From a virus, in the IMG/VR virus record IMGVR_UViG_3300006925_000007, positions 1-64,000 of that record: a stretch of 64,000 nt of DNA; one strand, written 5' to 3'. Within the stretch, counting starts at the first letter, position 1; each line of letters starts with the position of its first letter. The notes under the pieces were generated by a model, which was not told the DNA's origin, did not search any database, and saw only the letters and a program-made list of their open reading frames with translations. The translations under genes were made by a program, and so were the position numbers. Below are positions 1-9,441 of this stretch, piece by piece.

Positions 1-6
1 GTTATA

Positions 7-777
7 TTACGCTGTAACGAACTTTGATGCAGTTTGTGTATAATTAAATTGTAATTCAGTAGTTAATGCTGTCTTAAATTTTAGTGTAAAGGTTCCTGAT
101 CCGTCATTTGTTACAGAAAATTCTACATCAGTTAATTGAGAATCTCCGATAAATTTGTCTTCTATGTTTGAAGAAGAATTTCCATTAACTAGAATACTTA
201 ATGTTCCTTTACGCATATGTGTTGCATTAAACAATGCATAATCAATGCTAATATCATTTACAACGGCACTAGAAAAATTAATACCTGTTGTTTCAACTTG
301 GCCGCCAGTGTTAGTAAATTTAATAGTATTTCTTTTAACTCTGTCGTCAGTTGGTGAGCTTGTTATTTCTTTATTGTAATGTAATACAAATGTGTCGCCA
401 CCTGCAACCGCTCCACCTAGTCCATGAGCAAATGTGTAAATTGGCGGGTTGTTACCTTCTCCATCAGGATCGCTTACTGTTACGTCATTTGCTGGAACTG
501 TAGTTGTTGAGTTGTCTGAGGCTTTGGTTACAACAATTGAATAGTCTGCTAGATTACTTAAATATAACGGAGTGGAAACTCCACCAATCGGAACTGCAAA
601 TGATACACTTGCATTAGTAGTAGTTGAGCTTTCTACAACACCAGTAACAGGTGTTTGTCCTAGAAAAAGTCTTTGCTCATCTTCTGCAAGGTAAAATTCG
701 CCTGCTGCCAAAGAGCTTGGAATGTCCCCTATGTTCTGTTTTCTAATAATAATCTGCGATATTTTTGTTGTTGCCAT
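7..777 (-). CDS. Virion structural protein with Mtd_N-like N-terminus
   Basis: N-terminal ISQIIIRK...LAAGEFYLAEDEQRLFLG resembles phage fibre/baseplate anchoring modules; T/S/G-rich; late motif at 805-811. Confidence 0.55.
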   Translation of the reverse strand: MATTKISQIIIRKQNIGDIPSSLAAGEFYLAEDEQRLFLGQTPVTGVVESSTTTNASVSFAVPIGGVSTPLYLSNLADYSIVVTKASDNSTTTVPANDVTVSDPDGEGNNPPIYTFAHGLGGAVAGGDTFVLHYNKEITSSPTDDRVKRNTIKFTNTGGQVETTGINFSSAVVNDISIDYALFNATHMRKGTLSILVNGNSSSNIEDKFIGDSQLTDVEFSVTNDGSGTFTLKFKTALTTELQFNYTQTASKFVTA

Positions 778-807
778 TATCTTATCCTCGTTTTCTATAT
801 ACTGTAT

Positions 808-1503
808 TTATGATGACATGCCATAAAACTTCTCTAATCTTTTAGCCCACTGTGTTGACCAATAAGGAAATTCTGTTTCATCTGATTCAAACAATTGCCA
901 TTGGCAATCACCACTACACATAAAGATAGCAATGTTTTGAATCTTTGTTTCAAACATTTCATTGTGTGCTAATGCGTATGCGGCTCCTTGTAAAAAGTAG
1001 TCGTCAATCCATTCACGCTTTTTGGGTTTGTTAGTTTGCTTAAAATCCATAATAGTTGGTTTGCCTTTATACATACCAACTAAATCTGTTGTTCCTGCAT
1101 ATAAATTTGCCGCACATAACATAACTTCTGTGCCCCATATTGCATCAATATCTTTATCGATATTATCTACAACAACCTGTGCCATTGCTTTAGCCTGTCT
1201 ATGAATAATATTGTTACCTGGATTGTAAGTTTCATATTCGCCTAATGCCCAGTGTTCCAGGATATTATGCATTACTGTGCCTCTATTGGCAGCAGTTGTT
1301 GTTATACGTTGTGCTTCTTCTGTTCCAACACGTTTACGCCAGTTAGCTAATGCTTGTCGTTTTTCTGCTGGTTGTGTAGCACTTAAAATTGTTGTGACAC
1401 TTGGAACTGGATCGCCGTATGGATTCTCATACATGCGTTTGCCGTCAGCTTGTGTTTGACGGGTAAGTTCTTTGTAGTCATAGAGTTTGATTAATTCAGC
1501 CAT
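808..1503 (-). CDS. PD-(D/E)XK exonuclease (Cas4/MGME1-like)
   Basis: PSVTTIL, RGTVMH, YAGTTDLVG, IMDFKQT and YFLQGAAYA motifs. Confidence 0.85.
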   Translation of the reverse strand: MAELIKLYDYKELTRQTQADGKRMYENPYGDPVPSVTTILSATQPAEKRQALANWRKRVGTEEAQRITTTAANRGTVMHNILEHWALGEYETYNPGNNIIHRQAKAMAQVVVDNIDKDIDAIWGTEVMLCAANLYAGTTDLVGMYKGKPTIMDFKQTNKPKKREWIDDYFLQGAAYALAHNEMFETKIQNIAIFMCSGDCQWQLFESDETEFPYWSTQWAKRLEKFYGMSS

Positions 1504-1509
1504 GCTTAT

Positions 1510-1538
1510 ATGTTACACTAAAAACGTTAAGTTGTCAA
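1510..1538 (-). promoter_or_regulatory. Sigma70 promoter, leaderless geometry (exonuclease)
   Basis: TTGACA-17-TAACAT-6nt-ATG. Confidence 0.7.
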
Positions 1539-2203
1539 TCTTTTCTTAGTAGCCAACTACCAGGAATTTCACTCCAATGTAAAACTTCTTCAAAGTTATA
1601 ACCAGAAGGATGACAGTTATTGATTATCCAATTCCATTGTTCTATATTAATTTCTAAACAAGTTGATTGTATTTTATGTTGCATGTATTCAGTAGCTTTT
1701 TGCTTATTTGCAAATGAATAGTTAATAACCATCATACTCAGGAAGTGAAATAATTCTGCTACAATGTAAAATGCTGTATGCTTGTTACCTTGTAATGCAT
1801 CATCCCAATCAATTAACACAGGCTTGTCTTTGTATAGCATAATGTTAAGATTAGTCATATCAACATTACATAATGGAAATACTTTTAAATTTGTATCTAT
1901 CCAAATATCTATTAATGAGTAAACGTCTGCTTCTACATCATAGTTATAGTTTGCGTTTTCTAATTTGTGCATATCCATGTAAATATATTGGTCATTACAA
2001 TAAACGTTTTTGAAATACTTAAAACCTAATGATTTGTTAATTATATCAGCATTTTTGCTTATTTCTTCTGTTGTAAATTTAGCAGAAGTTCCATTTGGAA
2101 TAATTTTGTGGATATGGGTATCACAATCATATACCCACCTTGGCAATATGAAGCTGTTACTAGTAGAATGATTGGATTTACTTTGATGTATGATTAACTT
2201 CAT
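1535..2203 (-). CDS. Putative kinase-like (APH/protein kinase fold) protein
   Basis: Catalytic-loop-like DMTNLNIML followed by PVLIDWD (DFG-equivalent). Confidence 0.45.
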   Translation of the reverse strand: MKLIIHQSKSNHSTSNSFILPRWVYDCDTHIHKIIPNGTSAKFTTEEISKNADIINKSLGFKYFKNVYCNDQYIYMDMHKLENANYNYDVEADVYSLIDIWIDTNLKVFPLCNVDMTNLNIMLYKDKPVLIDWDDALQGNKHTAFYIVAELFHFLSMMVINYSFANKQKATEYMQHKIQSTCLEINIEQWNWIINNCHPSGYNFEEVLHWSEIPGSWLLRKD

Positions 2204-3048
2204 TAGGATAACGCATCAATAACTTTTTTGTTAGCTAAAATATAGTTATTAAGTAATTCTGAATTTCCTTTAGAAGTCAAATGATTATCAGATGCTGATA
2301 CTTGTATTCCAATGCTGGCCAGATAATTATCAAAATGAACATCATCATGTTCGTTTGTTTGGTAGTTATATTTTTCTCTAAAATATTCCATCACACTAAA
2401 ATCCCATGTATTAGAAGTATGGTGAATAACATTGCGTTGGCCACCATCTTCGTTAATTTCTTGGGTTTGATGGGATCTATAATCCCAATCAATTAGAAAT
2501 AAGTTATCAAAATTATATAAGTTATGTGCATTTCTATACCATTCTATTTCGTATAATCTTCGTAATTCACTACCTGATAAATTTATCTTCCAAAAATGCT
2601 CCAGTTTATTTAAATTTATTACTGATTGTTGTGGATTCTGAGAGTTATACACACGACCTGGCAAAGGAGAGCCGTCTTCATACTTTGGGGAATCATTAAC
2701 GGTTCCCCAAAAAAATTCATAAGATGGACGGACTTCTTGCCAGTTTGGTTCTTGGTATCGAATTGCATATTCCCAAACTGGTTCTTCGTGTGCTATCTGA
2801 GCCATAAATGCCCAACGACCTTGATATGTTCTATTCATGAATACAATATCAGCACCCCACTTTTTGGCATCCAGTAAGGCCCATTGAAATTGTTCTATTC
2901 CTTGTCCGCCTTTAGAATAATTTCTATATTCATGATGTGGATATGTTTTATATAACTGATAAGTCCAGTTAGATTTACATTGTGTTGGTTGATCGTGGCC
3001 AGCAAAATGACTACACCCGATGATTGCTATCTTCTTGGATGTAGTCAT
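2203..3048 (-). CDS. SGNH/GDSL hydrolase-like protein
   Basis: Block I IAIIGCSH, block II NYSKGGQG, block V DNHLTSKGN. Confidence 0.6.
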   Translation of the reverse strand: MTTSKKIAIIGCSHFAGHDQPTQCKSNWTYQLYKTYPHHEYRNYSKGGQGIEQFQWALLDAKKWGADIVFMNRTYQGRWAFMAQIAHEEPVWEYAIRYQEPNWQEVRPSYEFFWGTVNDSPKYEDGSPLPGRVYNSQNPQQSVINLNKLEHFWKINLSGSELRRLYEIEWYRNAHNLYNFDNLFLIDWDYRSHQTQEINEDGGQRNVIHHTSNTWDFSVMEYFREKYNYQTNEHDDVHFDNYLASIGIQVSASDNHLTSKGNSELLNNYILANKKVIDALS

Positions 3049-3057
3049 TTGTAATTA

Positions 3058-3762
3058 TTAAATTGTATAATGAGCTGGGTCGCCTCTATCTGAGAGATCT
3101 GGTGGTTCGTATACATGATTAACAGAATGTGGATGTTTTCTCATTTCTTTTTCTGCTTCCGGGCTCCATTCATGTGTTGGATATCCAACACCTACTAATA
3201 GTGCAGCATAATCAAAGTCATCTCTGCCTGACCATTCTTTGATCATTTCTGTAATTGGATGTGGATCAAAACATACACAATTTCCTGTGTGTAATCCTAG
3301 TCTGTTAGCTTCAAATGTTAACATTCCCATTGCAGAGCCTACTGCAAATTGAGTATTCATCTGTTCCTCTTCTTCTATATCAAATGCTGTTGGATCCCAA
3401 TGTTCTTCGTCTGGATAATCCGGTGTTGGTGTATCTAATCCAGCAAATACAAATAACACAGGTGCTAATACTTGAGCATTACCTATAAATGTTGTTTGTG
3501 TCCCATCTTTGTTCTTTTTTGGCCAAGCCTTTAACGCTGCTTCTTCATCTGGGCGTGCTGTGTGCTTCCAAATTTTATCCATTTTATCTGGATCTGTAAT
3601 TGTATAGATGTCAAAATACCTGCGGCCTTGTTTAAATGGGCCGCCCATTGCCACCTGTGCTAAATGGTCAATTAGTGCTGATTCTACTGGAGTATCTGCA
3701 TAATTTCTTGCACATATTTTTGATCTGTTTACTGCATCAATTGATGCCTGTAAGTCTTCCAT
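3058..3762 (-). CDS. Nitroreductase family protein
   Basis: RSKICARNY, GPFKQGR, GNAQVLAP, ANRLGLHTG and LLVGVGYP match the nitroreductase fold pattern. Confidence 0.7.
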   Translation of the reverse strand: MEDLQASIDAVNRSKICARNYADTPVESALIDHLAQVAMGGPFKQGRRYFDIYTITDPDKMDKIWKHTARPDEEAALKAWPKKNKDGTQTTFIGNAQVLAPVLFVFAGLDTPTPDYPDEEHWDPTAFDIEEEEQMNTQFAVGSAMGMLTFEANRLGLHTGNCVCFDPHPITEMIKEWSGRDDFDYAALLVGVGYPTHEWSPEAEKEMRKHPHSVNHVYEPPDLSDRGDPAHYTI

Positions 3763-3828
3763 TTTATTTCCCCTTATATTTAAGCAACCACGCAGGTCGT
3801 AATAATATCTACGGTGATAATATTTTTT

Positions 3829-4125
3829 TTATATATCTTCTCTAGTGTGTTCACTGCGAGAAGAACCACTTTTGTCATATTCGTTTATGTTAGCCATAGC
3901 TGCTAAAAATTCATCAGCTGTTGCTGAGTCAACGAAAATAGTTGTCAGTGTATATGATCCATCTTCGGTATTCTCATTAGATTGTTGTTGAGATGTAATT
4001 TTGCCTTCTGCTACAAATTGTTCGTGTATAGCTGCGGCTTCTTCTGATAATACTTTATCTTCACCTAATCCGGTTGCACTATCTAATAATGCTGGTGAAA
4101 CTTTTACTGTCATTTTATGTGCCAT
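3829..4125 (-). CDS. Hypothetical protein
   Basis: 98-aa ORF with AGGAG SD, co-oriented with neighbours. Confidence 0.6.
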   Translation of the reverse strand: MAHKMTVKVSPALLDSATGLGEDKVLSEEAAAIHEQFVAEGKITSQQQSNENTEDGSYTLTTIFVDSATADEFLAAMANINEYDKSGSSRSEHTREDI

Positions 4126-4142
4126 TGTTTATGCTCCTTTAA

Positions 4143-4760
4143 TTACCAATATATATGCCACTTGAATGTTTTTCCTGTAGCTGAGTTAGTTAATCTTTCT
4201 AATTTATAACCCAAGTTATTAAAATATTTAATAACTGAATTCATTTGATTTTCCAAAGCTCTATCTGTGATAGTGCCTTGCCATGATGTGAAATAAGTAG
4301 TGCTATCGGGTGTAGGAGGGACATATATGCCATCTGTAAAACCTAATGCTGTATTTGCCGTGCCTGATCCTATTTCGTATGACCATGTTGTAGATGCAGG
4401 TAAAGTTATATTTAAAACTAAATAACCTGCGTCTTTGCTTGCTGTTACATTTGTAACACCAGCATCATTTATATCTGCTATAACAGAATTTAAATTTGTT
4501 CCGGAAGTTCCTAATGTAATTGTGCTTCCATTAATAATAAAGGTGTCGCCTGCTGAAATTGTAGGATTATTTACTGTGCCAATTTTAATTGTGGCTGGTG
4601 TGGATTCTGTCATTGTAGTTCCATCGGATACATATGTATCGTAATCACCTGCAACACTTTTTGTAACTACGGCTCGCATGATTGCTGTGCATTCATCGAA
4701 TACAATCATATCTTGTGAACTTTTTGCTCTTGCCTGTGCTGCGTTTAATCCTATGTTCAT
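4143..4760 (-). CDS. Putative virion structural protein
   Basis: Internal GDTFIINGSTITL...DINDAGVTNVTAS...GTANTALG insertion of the kind seen in flagellin/sheath/baseplate proteins. Confidence 0.5.
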   Translation of the reverse strand: MNIGLNAAQARAKSSQDMIVFDECTAIMRAVVTKSVAGDYDTYVSDGTTMTESTPATIKIGTVNNPTISAGDTFIINGSTITLGTSGTNLNSVIADINDAGVTNVTASKDAGYLVLNITLPASTTWSYEIGSGTANTALGFTDGIYVPPTPDSTTYFTSWQGTITDRALENQMNSVIKYFNNLGYKLERLTNSATGKTFKWHIYW

Positions 4761-5056
4761 TTGCTCATCTCTTTATCTACTTTTTTCTTAGCCAGTTTTG
4801 CAACTGTCTTGTCTTGTTTTTCTGGATCAGGTGCATCAACATCGCCGTCGTGATTAAAGAAAACTACGTTATCTTTTATAGTATTTACAATGGGGATACT
4901 ATCAAGTAGTTCACGTAGTTCTTGTCCATCGACATGCATGTTTTGTGCATCTAATGTTTTTTCTAATGTTTCTAACGATACTGATGTGGCTTCTTCCGCT
5001 GTCATTACTGACAACATATCTATTAGAGTATGCCTTATTAAATCGTTATACCTCAT
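4757..5056 (-). CDS. Hypothetical protein
   Basis: 99-aa ORF with ATGA overlap to the downstream gene. Confidence 0.6.
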   Translation of the reverse strand: MRYNDLIRHTLIDMLSVMTAEEATSVSLETLEKTLDAQNMHVDGQELRELLDSIPIVNTIKDNVVFFNHDGDVDAPDPEKQDKTVAKLAKKKVDKEMSK

Positions 5057-5059
5057 TTT

Positions 5060-5821
5060 TTACTTCTTTAACTGTGCAAACGCTTGCTTAAGAATACTTG
5101 GAGAAACTTTGCCTTCGGCTTGTGCTTCTTTAATTGTGCGAACTGCTGCCAAGTATGCATCTTCTTTCATCTCACGTCCGTCCATGTCGGAATCGGCATC
5201 CATTGCATCTGCTCCACCAAATTCGTCATCCATTGGTGCATCTAATGGTGCGTCAAGACCTGCTTCCATGTCACCTTCTGGTTCTACAGGCATATCCATG
5301 TCTGATGTTTCTGGTGCCATACCTTGTGCTGTTAATACTGCATTTCCAACTTGCTCGTTTGCAGACTTAACTGCCTCTAGAGCTGAGCCAATAGCTGCTT
5401 CGGCACTTGAATTAAATGCATCTGCTTCTGCTGTTCCAACTTGTTCTTTCATAGCATTATGAATACTCATTAGGTCCTCAACTTGCATACTTGCTAAGTT
5501 TTCGGCCATCTTTTGTAAGTCATCTGCCATTTGTTTTGCTGCTAGTAGGACTTCGGCTTGATCTAAATCAGCCGATTCTTCTAGCTTCTTTTTTTCTATT
5601 GCCATATCCATTCCTTCCGCAATTAGTAGTAGCTTTTGAAAATCTTTGTTACTAACGTCTTGGCCGTTTTCTCGAAGATCTGTAATTTTTCTTTGTGTAG
5701 ACTCTTGTATTGCTTCTAACTTAGAGCTAGGTGCATTAAAGTCTAACTTTAGACTAAAAACATCATCAAGCACACGCTTGAGTGTTGTTAGTTTGTTTTC
5801 TTTTAATTGTTGTAATTCCAT
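5060..5821 (-). CDS. Acidic helical protein, putative prohead core/scaffold-like
   Basis: Coiled-coil, D/E/M-rich, LKE/LEE sites; late motif at 5860-5866. Confidence 0.45.
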   Translation of the reverse strand: MELQQLKENKLTTLKRVLDDVFSLKLDFNAPSSKLEAIQESTQRKITDLRENGQDVSNKDFQKLLLIAEGMDMAIEKKKLEESADLDQAEVLLAAKQMADDLQKMAENLASMQVEDLMSIHNAMKEQVGTAEADAFNSSAEAAIGSALEAVKSANEQVGNAVLTAQGMAPETSDMDMPVEPEGDMEAGLDAPLDAPMDDEFGGADAMDADSDMDGREMKEDAYLAAVRTIKEAQAEGKVSPSILKQAFAQLKK

Positions 5822-5868
5822 TTTAGAACCCCATTTTTCTGATTAATATACTTATATTGTATTTATGC

Positions 5869-6489
5869 TTAGAGCAGTGATTTGATCTGTTTTTTGCAAT
5901 TTGACATCTTTTGTATTGCATTTCCTTGCTTGGCTATATATACATCTGTCTTATAACTTTCAGTTAAAGTCATTGACTTTTGTTTATACATAGCTGCTTC
6001 TGTTAAATATCCAGCATAACGCTCATCTAACTTTGCAATTTGATCTACTTTGTATTGTTGTTGTGTTTTGTTAAACATCAAATGTTTAACGATTCCCATA
6101 GCACTTTCAAATAATGCTACGTCTTCGTATAACATATTACCTTCTGCATCTTTAACATTATAGTATTTCTTTTTAACCCCATCAATTACATATTTTTGCA
6201 CTATCTCAACATTATAATTACCATTAATAGTAATATTGTCATTTTCTTTAAGTGCAACTGCTGTTAACATAGAAGATTCTGTATCTTTTTGTGTAATTGT
6301 TTTCTTTGTAGCGTTGGTGGTTGCTTCATCTAATTTTTGTAATATTTCATACATGGCTTTTGCATCAGATGAAACATTTCCAGGTGCTACTGATTTGTCA
6401 GTAACTACTGGTGTTGATTTTTGTTCTGTTGCGTTTGCTAATTTATTTAATATGTCTTGCATTCCTTGGACATCGTCAGATGATGGCAT
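5869..6489 (-). CDS. Hypothetical protein
   Basis: 206-aa ORF with TAATG coupling to the upstream gene. Confidence 0.6.
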   Translation of the reverse strand: MPSSDDVQGMQDILNKLANATEQKSTPVVTDKSVAPGNVSSDAKAMYEILQKLDEATTNATKKTITQKDTESSMLTAVALKENDNITINGNYNVEIVQKYVIDGVKKKYYNVKDAEGNMLYEDVALFESAMGIVKHLMFNKTQQQYKVDQIAKLDERYAGYLTEAAMYKQKSMTLTESYKTDVYIAKQGNAIQKMSNCKKQIKSLL

Positions 6490-6698
6490 TATATACTCCT
6501 CGCTTGTTTGTAGTAGACTTTTTTGCCTTCTACTTGTTTGTTAACTAAATTCTTATTTACTAGACTTTGCATAAGATATACATCACGTTCAGAAAGGTCG
6601 TCTTTACATACTCTTTCTTCCATCATGCATTCATATACTTTGTTTTCTAATTTGTTTACAAATGTCGGGATTCCGCCTGGGCCTAATATAGATCTCAT
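6489..6698 (-). CDS. Small hypothetical protein (possible winged helix)
   Basis: 69 aa, coupled on both sides; LMQSLVNKNLVNK...KKVYY. Confidence 0.5.
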   Translation of the reverse strand: MRSILGPGGIPTFVNKLENKVYECMMEERVCKDDLSERDVYLMQSLVNKNLVNKQVEGKKVYYKQARSI

Positions 6699-7564
6699 TA
6701 ACGTCTCCCGTATGCGAGTTGCTTTAATCTTTCAATTTCAGCTGCATTTTGATTTGATAATTCTGCGTTTGCGTTTGACTGTGCTGCATTTTGTCCACGT
6801 TCGACATCATCTGGATCTGCTCCAACTGATCTTGCTGCGCCTTGTCCTGTTGCTTGTTTATTACCGCCTGCTACTGTGCGTTGAACATTTGATGCAGATC
6901 TTTGTTGATCTTGTTGATTGTTTGTAAAGTCACGCTGGTTATTGTCGTTTTTTGTTGTTTGTGCTTTAATTGTCGAAGCTGATGCTTGTTGTGTTCCTAC
7001 TGTTCCATATGCTTCTTCTACATCAGTGTCTATTGCTTCTACTTTTGCTAATACTTTTATTTGATCTGGTGTCATTGTTTTTGATCTTTCTAAGTCATCA
7101 CCAGATAATTTATGTTGGTATGGACCGCGTCCGGCTGCAATATCTTCTTGTTCTAATTCGTTGTATAGGTTATCGCCTAAATCTTCGTTGTTTTTGTAAA
7201 TGCTAAAATGATCGTTGCCAATAAAAACATCATCATCACCAATTTGAACATCAAGCTCGTCACTACCATTTTTCTCATGATAGTAATCTTCAATCTTGTC
7301 AAGTAATCCGTGCATTGTATAATCTGCTAGTTCACCGTCATCTGTGTCTGTTGTATACACATCATTTGCTTCTTCTGTTACTGAAGCATTAATATTTAAT
7401 AATTCTAATACTGCGTTTTTATCATTCACTTTTAGACTATCCATTAAATTAAGTGTTTGACTGAAATTTAATTCTCTTAGCGAAGTTGATAATAGATCTT
7501 GTTCTATTTTAATATTATTATCTGTTAAAAATTCTTGAACTTTATTTATTAATGAATCTGCCAT
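6698..7564 (-). CDS. Hypothetical protein, putative internal head protein
   Basis: Acidic, Q/N-rich C-terminus ending EIERLKQLAYG; VTE/VEE sites. Confidence 0.5.
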   Translation of the reverse strand: MADSLINKVQEFLTDNNIKIEQDLLSTSLRELNFSQTLNLMDSLKVNDKNAVLELLNINASVTEEANDVYTTDTDDGELADYTMHGLLDKIEDYYHEKNGSDELDVQIGDDDVFIGNDHFSIYKNNEDLGDNLYNELEQEDIAAGRGPYQHKLSGDDLERSKTMTPDQIKVLAKVEAIDTDVEEAYGTVGTQQASASTIKAQTTKNDNNQRDFTNNQQDQQRSASNVQRTVAGGNKQATGQGAARSVGADPDDVERGQNAAQSNANAELSNQNAAEIERLKQLAYGRR

Positions 7565-7565
7565 G

Positions 7566-7853
7566 TTATCTTCTCGCTTTATTTAATTGTCTCACAATTC
7601 TACTTTGTGGACTTATTCTTTTTGTTCTTTGTGCTTTTTTCATCATACGTGAACCTTTTGACATTCTCGTTTTTTTAAGCACGAATCTCTTTTTTAAATC
7701 TATAGGTTTGCTACATTGAGCTGGAGAGGCTACAACACGACCTTTTCTTGGTCCTACTGTGCATCTAAACTTAGTAGTAACTGCTTTACCTCGTCTGGCA
7801 TATACTACTTTAGCTTCTGTAACAACGTTACTATATGACTCATTTAATATCAT
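7566..7853 (-). CDS. Small basic protein
   Basis: 95 aa, very K/R-rich after an MILNE...VTE leader. Confidence 0.55.
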   Translation of the reverse strand: MILNESYSNVVTEAKVVYARRGKAVTTKFRCTVGPRKGRVVASPAQCSKPIDLKKRFVLKKTRMSKGSRMMKKAQRTKRISPQSRIVRQLNKARR

Positions 7854-7858
7854 TACTA

Positions 7859-8146
7859 TTATCCTGGTGGTATAAACCCTTGCATTCCCTGAAGGTTCAG
7901 CAATAATAATACTATAGTAGATAGTAATCCTGCAATAACTGTTGCGGCGGCTCCAAGAACTAATTTGTTCCCTGAAACTTTATCTGCTGTAGCCTTGTCG
8001 GCTAACTTCTGAACAGAGTCCACAAGGTCATCGACCTTATTTTCTAATCTTGTAAATTTTTCTTCCAAAACGCGATACCTCTCTGCACATAAATCTACGT
8101 GTGCTTCTAAGTTTTCACGCTCAAGTCTTGACTGTTGCATTGCCAT
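7859..8146 (-). CDS. Coiled-coil membrane protein (XhlA/holin-like)
   Basis: Heptad coiled coil followed by one hydrophobic C-terminal helix LVLGAAATVIAGLLSTIVLLLL. Confidence 0.5.
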   Translation of the reverse strand: MAMQQSRLERENLEAHVDLCAERYRVLEEKFTRLENKVDDLVDSVQKLADKATADKVSGNKLVLGAAATVIAGLLSTIVLLLLNLQGMQGFIPPG

Positions 8147-8221
8147 TTATCTGTTCATCCTGTTTGCAGTCTATTAAAGAGCTGTGTTTCTTTTATATAC
8201 TGTCGTAGTATATACTACTAT

Positions 8222-8689
8222 TTATATGTTTTCACTAAATTTGAAGTAGGTATTTAACTTATCTTCATTATCAGTATTTATAATATCTCCATCTATTGTT
8301 ACTGTTTCATCTAAATTATCATGTATAGGAACAAAGTTAAAATCTTCTAGCAATAATGCGGTTTCAATATCATCTTTTTTCCATGCACCGTCTGTTTCTG
8401 ATACAAATTTTAGTATCCAAACAGTCTGTGATCCAGTAAAATCATTACCAAAGTTATGAGTTGACATGCTTTGTGATTCTAGTTTAACAACACTACTTAT
8501 AATTGGTTGTGTTCTTAATCCAATTACTTGCATAAATGTATTCAAATTTTGACTTTGATAAAACTTTTTTGCATTTATTTTAGGACTAGATACATTTGAA
8601 TCGGTTACATCTATTAACGTATAAATTGAATAGAAAGATGTATTACGACCAATGACTTCTGTGGGTCGCTGATTACTTTTTGTATACAT
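8222..8689 (-). CDS. Hypothetical protein
   Basis: 155-aa ORF in an operon-like run. Confidence 0.6.
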   Translation of the reverse strand: MYTKSNQRPTEVIGRNTSFYSIYTLIDVTDSNVSSPKINAKKFYQSQNLNTFMQVIGLRTQPIISSVVKLESQSMSTHNFGNDFTGSQTVWILKFVSETDGAWKKDDIETALLLEDFNFVPIHDNLDETVTIDGDIINTDNEDKLNTYFKFSENI

Positions 8690-8692
8690 GTC

Positions 8693-9421
8693 TTATAATT
8701 CTGTAGCTTTACCGGCAGCGTATCCAACGGCAAATGCTGCGGCACCTCTTGCGATACGTTTAGCAATTTTCTTAGTTATTCCACTACCTGCAATCAAGGC
8801 ATTATTTTTTGCAAATCGTTTAAACAACGGATACATGTCGCTACGTAAAGCATTTGCTCTATAATGTCTATCAAGTTGTGATCCTACTAGTGTGCGTTGT
8901 GCTGTAGTTAAGCCGCCCCAATTCTGTGCTAACCTTCTGGCTGCTTTTAATTTTGGATCAGTAATTGCAAGATCTTTTTCTAATCTAAAAAAGAAAGTTT
9001 GAGCTTCACCTTGTGTTACTTGTCCTGTTTGCATTCTTCTTAAAAATGCTTTAGTTTTAGTAGGATTAAAGTTGACTTTATTCATTAATAGTGCATCTTT
9101 TTCATTCTTAAACATTCCTTCTGGTTTGCTTAATGTAAACAATGTTTGATATAAGTCTGTTCCTCCTGGGCTAGGTTGTGAAAAGCTCCCTCTAGAAATT
9201 GTTGCTTTTGCATATTTACTAGCAGTAGGTGCCGCATCGTAATCTTGACTCATTGTGTATAAACTTAACATACTAACAAAAGCATGATTGGTAATACTAC
9301 GAGCTCCTTCACTTGAAATCTGCGATCTCGATTTATACATACGTGCTTCGCCAAGCGATTGCATAAATGAAAGTTCTTTTCCGTTATTTTCTTCTGAATA
9401 TTGTTTTACTATATCACTCAT
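8693..9421 (-). CDS. Hypothetical protein
   Basis: 242-aa basic ORF. Confidence 0.6.
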   Translation of the reverse strand: MSDIVKQYSEENNGKELSFMQSLGEARMYKSRSQISSEGARSITNHAFVSMLSLYTMSQDYDAAPTASKYAKATISRGSFSQPSPGGTDLYQTLFTLSKPEGMFKNEKDALLMNKVNFNPTKTKAFLRRMQTGQVTQGEAQTFFFRLEKDLAITDPKLKAARRLAQNWGGLTTAQRTLVGSQLDRHYRANALRSDMYPLFKRFAKNNALIAGSGITKKIAKRIARGAAAFAVGYAAGKATEL

Positions 9422-9441
9422 TATATATTCTCTTTATACAT

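Noticed and set aside
808-1503. Cas4 as part of a CRISPR system
   Set aside because: Lacks the Fe-S cysteine pattern and any cas neighbours; a stand-alone phage exonuclease is the simpler call
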